Below are positions 35,301-41,912 of a stretch of DNA of 64,000 nucleotides, piece by piece. A model generated the notes under the pieces. That model had not been told where the DNA came from. It did not search any database and worked only from the letters and a program-made list of their open reading frames with translations. The position numbers and the translations under genes were made by a program. The stretch's first letter is position 1. Each line of letters opens with the position of its first letter. The DNA is from Obrimoposthia wandeli. Its lineage: Eukaryota. The stretch spans positions 868,001 through 932,000 of the forward strand of contig CDROCS010000777.1 of NCBI GenBank assembly GCA_977020255.1. Direction: 5' to 3'.

Positions 35301-38300
35301 TAATTCACATGGGAAAAGAGATATCATGAGAGTCCATTTAATCGACGCTGACACTGAAAAGATAATTTGTCAGATGGACACCAAATACTTTGATGGAAAG
35401 ACAATTGTATGTTGTATACCAGAATCTCACCGATTAGAGACAGATCAAACGGAAGTATCTGTAAGGTTGAGCGTAATAGAAGGATTCCATTCGCCAACCC
35501 ATCCGGAAGTGACTAACAATAAAATCATCAAAGCAACGGCAGAATTACGCATTGACAGCGGATACCGGAAGTGGGAAGCTAAAAATAAAAAGCCACAAAG
35601 AATCAATATGATCCGAGAACAAGTGACCAGCTCAATCCAGCCAAAATATCATGCTGAAATAGTATCATCCGCGCCAAGTGTAATTACATCGATAAACGAC
35701 GAAATTATAATTTTACTAAAAAATCGATGGCCGTCATCAACCGAGATACGAGTAAACTTAATTAATTATGCGAAGACACCGATATCTAAGCTGAATGTTA
35801 CCTATTTTGATGGATTGTCCATCATGGGTAAATTGGAAACAATTGTCATGTGCTATGGAGCACAGTTCCAAGTTGAGATACTTAAAGATAGTGTAATACC
35901 GTATCCGATTCACAAATACGAAGGGGAAATCAACCCAATTATTCTAACACCTTCATTAATTTCAGTTCAGACAGACATACCAGAATACCCTTCGAGCGAG
36001 TCTAGTGAAGACAGCGAACCGGAAAGTAACGATACAGAATCAACAGAATCCGAAGATAACATAATAGAGCGATTCGGAAGAACCATGGAGGTTGAATTCG
36101 CTAAAGAGAACAGAAAAAGACAAAACATAGAATTCGTGAAACAGAATATACAAGAAAGACGAATTAAATCTGCAGAAGAGACCGAGTCGGAAGAAGACTC
36201 AACAAAGGAACAGACATCAGAGACAAAGATGAATATCCCTCCAGCAATACGAATGCTGAGAGGAAAGAAACTGGCAAAACTAACTAACATCGACGACCAG
36301 ATAGAGAAGAGATTAGAAAGACTAAAACTTGAAGAGTCAGAATTAATGCCACCAATGAGTGAGATCATTCCAGGTAAGTTATACCTCGGAAATGTGGAGG
36401 ATGCCACAGATGAAAAGAAACTGTTGGAACAAGGGATAACATATGTGATCAACGTTACAATGAATCACAAATCGCAATATCAGACGATCAGAGCTATGAC
36501 ATTAAGAGTAAAAGACTCAATGGACGCTAATCTTCTCGAATGGTTCGTAGAAACAAACGAAATACTTCACAGAGAACTCCGAAACCAAGGAAAAGTGTTG
36601 GTACATTGTCAGAAAGGAATTTCTCGATCAGCAACCCTAGTATTAGCATATCTAATAAAGACTAGACGAATGCAGGTACTAGAAGCGTTAAAATACCTAC
36701 AGGAGAGAAGAAGTATTGCAAACCCAAATCTTAATTTTTTGGGACAGTTGGCAAATTACCAACTTCTGTTGCAAGAACAAAGACGGATGGACGACATTCC
36801 TGAGGATCCAAAGGAAAAGAATTTCCTCCAAGCATTATCACTGACTGGGTTATTTTTAGCTGGAGTCGACAAAATTACACAGATAATGCCAAAAGTATTT
36901 TTATGTCATCCAGGAGATATAGATACTGCTGGATTAAAGTTCCACAGTATCAACCGAGTAATCAACATTGTTGAAGTCGGAAACGAGATAATTAGTCTGT
37001 GTCAAAATACTGAAGATGACACCACTCGATACATACATGCTTCCAATCGAGAGATAAACGATGCGCAACAACATCTGACGAAATTGACTCAAACCATCCA
37101 AGCTGAAGTCACAGAAGGAAACGGCGTTCTGATATATCAGAAAAAAGGTACAATGTTAGCGCCTACCATAGGTGTATCCTTGTTGGTAGAGTACCATGGT
37201 CACACGCCAGAAGAAGCGATGGTCTACATCAAACAGAATAGACCAAATACGGAATTCAAACCGTTACTCGTTCGAGAAATAGAGAAATACACCGAAAAGA
37301 GGAAGCAACAACGAGAAACAAATGAAGCTACAACAACAGTGCCCAGCTTTCAATACCAAAGATTGCTAGCGATAGGCTTGTTAAGTTGTTTAATGCCGAT
37401 AACGGGAGCACAGGAGATAGGCTCCAACCACGGAAATAGTTCCTGGTTCAACGAAATCCACAATTACACCATACAGTACCATACGCCGGCACTGATGATG
37501 CTATTAGTGTTGTTAGGACTAATTGATGTGTGGATCATCCGAAAATGTCTTCGATCTATGAGAACCGACAGTAAAAGATTTCAGTTTGTAAAGATGAAAA
37601 GACCAAATGGACCAACGAACAAAGTGCTTGTGTATCTAGACGAAAGGATCGAAGATAACATAGTAAATGAAGCGATATTTTACCCACAAAACAGAATACT
37701 GAAGCAATTCCGAATAGATTATGAAGCTGACCGACAACGCACACTTGACCAAATATCAACAACATTCGCCGGATGCAAGCGAAGAAAACGAGTTGTAAAG
37801 GAAATACAAAAAGATGCTGATACAAAAGGACCAACGTATATATTCAACGGCGATGTCATCAAAACACGTGAGTATGGAAGTAAGAGAGTGATAATTGAAA
37901 CGATGGAAGGACATAAAACATGCTTGTCCGCCAAAAATGGATTCGGAAAGTTGACGATACAAGGTAAACCAGTACAGTTGATTATCGGAAGAGATGGAAT
38001 CGAGGAGATGTCAAAACAACGACAAACAACAAAACGAACCAATCAGAAACAGATATCTCTCAAACGATTGATAATTAAAACCCTTTGCAAAAGGTCAGTC
38101 AAGGCCCTGTGCACCGTTGCACAAGGATTGATTTATGGAGTAGTAATTGGATTGGTACTGCAAGCCATGCCAACCAGTAAAGCCGAATTGATGACACTAT
38201 CCGAATATAATTTACATTTGAGAAATCTAGACAACACCCTAGAAATAATCAAGACATCCCACAGTAGAGCCGTGATGATCATGTGTGTAAAAGGATGTCC

Positions 38301-40026
38301 AGGACGAATGTGTATAGTCCCAGCAACCGAAATGATAACACTTAATGGACATTATGGAGTTAGTGTTGTCACATGTGAAGACTACATATTTGGACAAACT
38401 AAAATAGTGCTTCTCAGTGACACGTCCAACCAAAGTGCACACAAATTTAAGATATTAACCATCAAGAGTAAAGGAATACCAGCAGTACGTTATGGTATTC
38501 TAGAATTAGTTAATCCAATACTGGCACTGATCATTGGATTTATAATATTAATATTACTCATCTTGTTTTGTTGTTCAAAGATAGAGTCGAGATCAAAAAA
38601 GAAACGTCATGATCTCGCAAGACGAACAGGTCAAATGAACTTACAGAAATTCAACACAATCATACCAAGACCACCATTTCTAGATGAACCAGCACCAGAG
38701 TACCAGCCAACGATATATGAACACATAGAGGAAAGACCGTACTATATGAGTAATTTGACTTGTTTCATTGAAGTTCCTGAGTTTAGGAATCGAACGATCA
38801 TAGGAATCATGCTGATCGTACAAATCACCACTACCAAGGCTAGTTATGAGATCATGATCAGTAAATGGAGACAAGACGTAATACGGGCAATATACATAGA
38901 AATTCCCTTACTAAAAACAAATCACGTAGTAGACATTCATCTACAGACGTCAGCAACTGACAATATCGATCAGAAATTGTATGTCATCCGACAGGTCAGA
39001 ATAAAAATCGACCAAAATACACCCGTTTACAATTTAATATTATTGCATCATGAAAGAGTGTTATACCTACGGATAACAATATCAAAGAGGAAGCGGATTA
39101 TCCAAAGTATCCGAACAAAGTCATTAATATTACCTAGAGATGAGCGCATCTGGAAAATTGTTGACAGGATTATGATCACAGGTAGACGACGTAAAGCCGT
39201 ATGGAATTCCGTTAGGATATTTTTCAGATTGCTAGAAACTGACAGCGTGACAGTAATGTGTCCCAACCCAGATGGCGTAATCAGATTCGAAATCCAAAGC
39301 CAAATGTTAGTACCACATTTTAACACAGAATGTCTGTGTAATCGAATTGCCAGTAATTCTACAGAGACCTCGACCATAATCATGATAATAACAGGTGAAA
39401 TATTCTACATAACTCTAAGATACCAGAACCGTCGATTTCGCAGATACGGTATAAGTATCAAACCCAGGAAAATCATTCCCAGAAGACCAATCCTAGTCAA
39501 AAAGAAGGCAAAGGTAATCGAAAGTAAACGACATTCCAAGAAACCGACAGTGATCAAAACAAAGACAGAAGCGAAAGAAAAAGAGTCCAATCCCAGAAAC
39601 CAAAGTACAATTATTAAGAGGACAAGAGTGAGGGGAACGATCCCACTAGATCCCAAACATCATTTCCAATCCAAAATAATAATACCTGTTCCATCAGAAA
39701 CAAAACACCCAAATCCCCGAATTTTTAGAAAATCGGACATAATACATGGAAACCGATCAAAACCCATGGAAATATCATTCGAACCGACAAACAACAAAAT
39801 GAAGTATGATTATAAAACATCAGACAGCGGAATAACAGCAGTCAATGCCCTAATTGGAATGGCCGTAGTGTCAACAGCGGTGGTTCTACTTACAATCGTG
39901 TGCGTAAAAGGCAGTCAAGTATGCCCAGGAATACGACGAAAATGCGAAGGATTGCGATGCTGTGACACACCCATCATGGAGGAAGTGGAATTACGACCCT
40001 TACCTCCACCTCCCATCAAGATATGA
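32308..40026 (+). CDS. pol: Pol (RT, RNase H, integrase) fused to ~1730 aa of accessory domains (3 Ig-like repeats, DSP, pseudo-DSP, membrane region)
   Basis: YIDD at 32608; RNase H TDAS..EKECLAI..YTDH; IN HHCC, D-D-E core and GPY; no stop until 40026. Confidence 0.97.
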   Translation: MRFCIDFRELNKITRKDVYPLPRIEEMLDKLGNSDYFTTLDLQSGYWQIEIEEEDKHKTAFSCGDGLYECEKMPFGLTGAPATFQRCMNFVLASCANTMVYIDDIIIFSKTFEEHLKNLEVVFKRLENAKLKVKPTKCVWAKERVTFLGHIVSKEGIRPDPAKIEKVKAHLAPKTVKEIQSFLGLANYYRRFVEHFSDIATPLRKLTRKDEKFIWGEEAQQAFEHLKERLIKAPILAFPDINRQFILMTDASNYAVGAVLGQEDDEGREHVIAYASRGLNRAERGYSVIEKECLAIVYSCRQYRHYLLGQKVFLYTDHKPLQFLYKHRDEMSRLNRWFLKLAEFDLEIRYRTGKSNGNADCLSRLTNVDEKGNIIPEEDETNDQKGEANLLTILLKTGKIDKEIIKEQKEDEELSLIKELLVKGDLNDEMTKKYSIKEGILYIVNNVGKIVVVIPKSLKTAVMIQYHDGTLGGHLSGRKTIARIKEKYHWDGMEDDIKQWCKQCKVCLTRKDTGTRTKVPLKPMPVPLAPMEFTAMDILGPLRESSKGNKYVIVFTDYMTRWVEAYPMQNQKAETIAQILVEEIIFRYGVPRKLLTDQGKNFTGEVIKAVSKIFGIMKLQTSPYHPQTDGLVERFNKTLCMMVQSYCSDKQEDWDKYLPSCLYAYRNSVREATGHTPFYLMYLRQNNMPMDLEWTEPTSQYLETEQYIVVMKERLQDAWTKAGLKLKFNQEGYKEQYDKKAKPHEFRVGDQVMIFYPVIEPGLSFKLHRPYKGPYKVIQTTSTNLKVINEENRNKEPMIVHANRCKLVPNKDNASRYELRSQKSKPNTNTIKLTRMVSDRNYINMMTSGSEKKPARIGMLRMKCQEEKEVIRHIAPQEILEEDEEIIVVFEKTQPTDVAKEVIVKDALTNEFLCELRVSYYDGNTLVASLYQNSNVFTTEKVIIEITLTPNIVAWQNYDSTEAGLASQEEKEPAGGHILHGTPKRLKQEYHDVIMVLRNSHGKRDIMRVHLIDADTEKIICQMDTKYFDGKTIVCCIPESHRLETDQTEVSVRLSVIEGFHSPTHPEVTNNKIIKATAELRIDSGYRKWEAKNKKPQRINMIREQVTSSIQPKYHAEIVSSAPSVITSINDEIIILLKNRWPSSTEIRVNLINYAKTPISKLNVTYFDGLSIMGKLETIVMCYGAQFQVEILKDSVIPYPIHKYEGEINPIILTPSLISVQTDIPEYPSSESSEDSEPESNDTESTESEDNIIERFGRTMEVEFAKENRKRQNIEFVKQNIQERRIKSAEETESEEDSTKEQTSETKMNIPPAIRMLRGKKLAKLTNIDDQIEKRLERLKLEESELMPPMSEIIPGKLYLGNVEDATDEKKLLEQGITYVINVTMNHKSQYQTIRAMTLRVKDSMDANLLEWFVETNEILHRELRNQGKVLVHCQKGISRSATLVLAYLIKTRRMQVLEALKYLQERRSIANPNLNFLGQLANYQLLLQEQRRMDDIPEDPKEKNFLQALSLTGLFLAGVDKITQIMPKVFLCHPGDIDTAGLKFHSINRVINIVEVGNEIISLCQNTEDDTTRYIHASNREINDAQQHLTKLTQTIQAEVTEGNGVLIYQKKGTMLAPTIGVSLLVEYHGHTPEEAMVYIKQNRPNTEFKPLLVREIEKYTEKRKQQRETNEATTTVPSFQYQRLLAIGLLSCLMPITGAQEIGSNHGNSSWFNEIHNYTIQYHTPALMMLLVLLGLIDVWIIRKCLRSMRTDSKRFQFVKMKRPNGPTNKVLVYLDERIEDNIVNEAIFYPQNRILKQFRIDYEADRQRTLDQISTTFAGCKRRKRVVKEIQKDADTKGPTYIFNGDVIKTREYGSKRVIIETMEGHKTCLSAKNGFGKLTIQGKPVQLIIGRDGIEEMSKQRQTTKRTNQKQISLKRLIIKTLCKRSVKALCTVAQGLIYGVVIGLVLQAMPTSKAELMTLSEYNLHLRNLDNTLEIIKTSHSRAVMIMCVKGCPGRMCIVPATEMITLNGHYGVSVVTCEDYIFGQTKIVLLSDTSNQSAHKFKILTIKSKGIPAVRYGILELVNPILALIIGFIILILLILFCCSKIESRSKKKRHDLARRTGQMNLQKFNTIIPRPPFLDEPAPEYQPTIYEHIEERPYYMSNLTCFIEVPEFRNRTIIGIMLIVQITTTKASYEIMISKWRQDVIRAIYIEIPLLKTNHVVDIHLQTSATDNIDQKLYVIRQVRIKIDQNTPVYNLILLHHERVLYLRITISKRKRIIQSIRTKSLILPRDERIWKIVDRIMITGRRRKAVWNSVRIFFRLLETDSVTVMCPNPDGVIRFEIQSQMLVPHFNTECLCNRIASNSTETSTIIMIITGEIFYITLRYQNRRFRRYGISIKPRKIIPRRPILVKKKAKVIESKRHSKKPTVIKTKTEAKEKESNPRNQSTIIKRTRVRGTIPLDPKHHFQSKIIIPVPSETKHPNPRIFRKSDIIHGNRSKPMEISFEPTNNKMKYDYKTSDSGITAVNALIGMAVVSTAVVLLTIVCVKGSQVCPGIRRKCEGLRCCDTPIMEEVELRPLPPPPIKI
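36355..36775 (+). other. Dual-specificity phosphatase domain (catalytic motif intact) within the polyprotein
   Basis: SEIIPGKLYLG..GITYVINVT..VLVHCQKGISRSATLVLAYL..RRSIANPNLNFLGQL; HCxxGxxRS at 36604-36630. Confidence 0.95.
36874..37290 (+). other. Second DSP-fold domain lacking the catalytic Cys/Arg (pseudophosphatase)
   Basis: ITQIMPKVFL..INRVINIV..GNGVLIYQKKGTMLAPTIGVSLLVEYHGHTPEEAMVYIKQNRP parallels domain 1, with the HCxxGxxR motif degenerate. Confidence 0.8.
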
Positions 40027-40149
40027 TGAGTCAGAGGAGGTTGTAGATAAATTAGTGTGTGAAATATGTAGAAATATCTAGAAGCGATTGTACAAATAGT
40101 AGCAGTATATAAAACTCATGTAGAAATTAATCATCATCATGTATTTAGA

Positions 40150-40449
40150 ATGGCCGAAGAATGCCCAATATGTTTAGAAGATCTAACCGAACGAAGAACA
40201 AGACCCGAAACCTGCAACCATTTACACCACGAGGAATGTTTATCGACATGGATCAGAACTTATGGACAGTTCGGACACCCAACATACCCTCGTTGCCCTA
40301 TATGCAGAAGACAATTCGCAAGATTCGTCATGTTAGAACCCAACCAAAGGGATGTATATGTACAGGTGGTATTCTGCTGGAAGAATTTCGGAGAGTGTTG
40401 GTGTTATTACTGTTTGTCAGATCGACAAAATCAGACCACTTTTGTGTAA
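40150..40449 (+). CDS. Small RING-H2 protein 1 with C-terminal Cys cluster
   Basis: CPIC..CNHLHHEEC..W..CPIC, then CWKNFGECWCYYC. Confidence 0.9.
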   Translation: MAEECPICLEDLTERRTRPETCNHLHHEECLSTWIRTYGQFGHPTYPRCPICRRQFARFVMLEPNQRDVYVQVVFCWKNFGECWCYYCLSDRQNQTTFV

Positions 40450-40509
40450 AGATCACACAACCACCAGTCCTCAATCGAGCCCAAATTCAACATCAACCCT
40501 CCCACAGTA

Positions 40510-40815
40510 ATGTCTGGAGAATGTTCCATCTGCTACGAGAGCATCGTGGACTTCTACACCAAGCCCAACAACTGCGACCACCTTTTCCACGTCGAATGCC
40601 TCGAGACGTGGATCCCCATCGCAAACAGCAACAACCCCCTCGACTTCCCAACCTGCCCGATGTGCAGAGCGACCTTCTCAGTACACTACGTGTACAACCA
40701 AGACATCCTCCAAGCAGTGGTACCCATCGTACACTGCTGGAAAACCATCTGCGATTGCTGGTGCTCGTTCTGCGTGGAAGAGCGAAGCACAGGCCAGCCC
40801 AATCCCCAACAATAA
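40510..40815 (+). CDS. Small RING-H2 protein 2 (paralogue of protein 1)
   Basis: CSIC..CDHLFHVEC..W..CPMC, then CWKTICDCWCSFC. Confidence 0.9.
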   Translation: MSGECSICYESIVDFYTKPNNCDHLFHVECLETWIPIANSNNPLDFPTCPMCRATFSVHYVYNQDILQAVVPIVHCWKTICDCWCSFCVEERSTGQPNPQQ

Positions 40816-41148
40816 TCGAAGGTAACTTTCTGACTTGAACATGACATCATGAACTACCCTGTGTATCGCATACCGCGATAAATTAGCTACCATAATTGTA
40901 ATCATAATTATATAATCTTGTGAACTGTAAATTGACCATTACCATTTTTATGTATGATGTTTAACTGAAATTGTAATTATTATACTGAATTTCTAAAAAG
41001 ACAATTTTTATGCTTAGTGTGAATGCGTAAACATGCCTAAAATCGAAACAAAACTCGGTAGGATTAGATAACTAAGGATTCATTTTGAAACAAAATTTAA
41101 ATTAACGATGAGAACGGTGAACCCCAAATTGAAAGGAGTCATTTTCTC

Positions 41149-41649
41149 ATGCAGATGTTGTGCTCCGTATGCATGGAGAAGATTTGGGCGGCATCAGCAT
41201 CCCCTGTCGGCTGCCGCCACAAGTTCCACGAATCCTGCCTATATACTTGGGCCCGACTTCGACCCGGACAAGTCAATTGCCCCTATTGCCGCACTCCCTT
41301 CGCGGAATGGACACTACAGTGTCGAGGGCGCCACAAGGGCACCCATTCGCTCACCAGCTGTATTGGTGGCGAGCACTGCCAGTGCCCCGACTGTATCGCG
41401 CGCCGTCGCGATGCAAAACTCGCCCTCCGCGAGAAATACCGGTCAACCCGTGACCCCCGCTCATGGCAGCGTGGCCGTCAAATATGGCTCAAGAATCGCG
41501 GAGTACACGGGCGGTACACGACCATTTTTCACCCGAGCCAACACCTCACCATGCGCCAGCAGATGATACTGTACGATGGCGGCCCACCATCGTATCCAGA
41601 ACTACCACTGGAGCAGGTCTTGCTGTTTTTGAGAGACCGGAACAATTGA
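41149..41649 (+). CDS. Small RING-H2 protein 3 with basic C-terminal extension (true start may be ATG 41155)
   Basis: CSVC..CRHKFHESC..W..CPYC, then CIGGEHCQCPDC. Confidence 0.9.
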   Translation: MQMLCSVCMEKIWAASASPVGCRHKFHESCLYTWARLRPGQVNCPYCRTPFAEWTLQCRGRHKGTHSLTSCIGGEHCQCPDCIARRRDAKLALREKYRSTRDPRSWQRGRQIWLKNRGVHGRYTTIFHPSQHLTMRQQMILYDGGPPSYPELPLEQVLLFLRDRNN

Positions 41650-41912
41650 CAAATCCCTGACAATCACCCTTGATCCTTTCCCTTGTATAATTTTTTGTTG
41701 TCGTAGTAATAATGTATAAATTGAGACATGCTCCAACTTATGCATTATAATTTCCCACTAAAAAACCGGGTTTTGGAAAATTTTTTTTTGGGCATGTTTG
41801 TTGAGGTTGAATGATTGATTTTGTAGGGATGAACCTAAAATCAACAGCCAAAGGCTTATTAAGTAAAATCGATACGTTCCGGGGACGTAACTTTTTTGGA
41901 ACCCCCGAGGTA

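Noticed and set aside
28067-39656. Many alternative-frame and antisense ORFs inside gag/pol (e.g. 28067-28468, 35967-36452, 31258-31752)
   Set aside because: Shadow ORFs of long coding regions with biased codon usage; no domains.
37360-40026. Canonical errantivirus (baculovirus-F-like) env
   Set aside because: Not a separate ORF, and I see no furin-site/fusion-peptide/conserved-Cys arrangement of F proteins.
40106-40114. TATATAAAA as an internal promoter for RING1
   Set aside because: Common in AT-rich DNA and explains only one of three ORFs; the splice-acceptor model fits all three. Kept as the alternative hypothesis.
40161-40838. 225-aa overlapping ORF across RING1/RING2, and the 41108-41566 overlap of RING3
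   Set aside because: No recognisable motif; best explained as shadow frames of the RING ORFs, although the length of the first is slightly notable.
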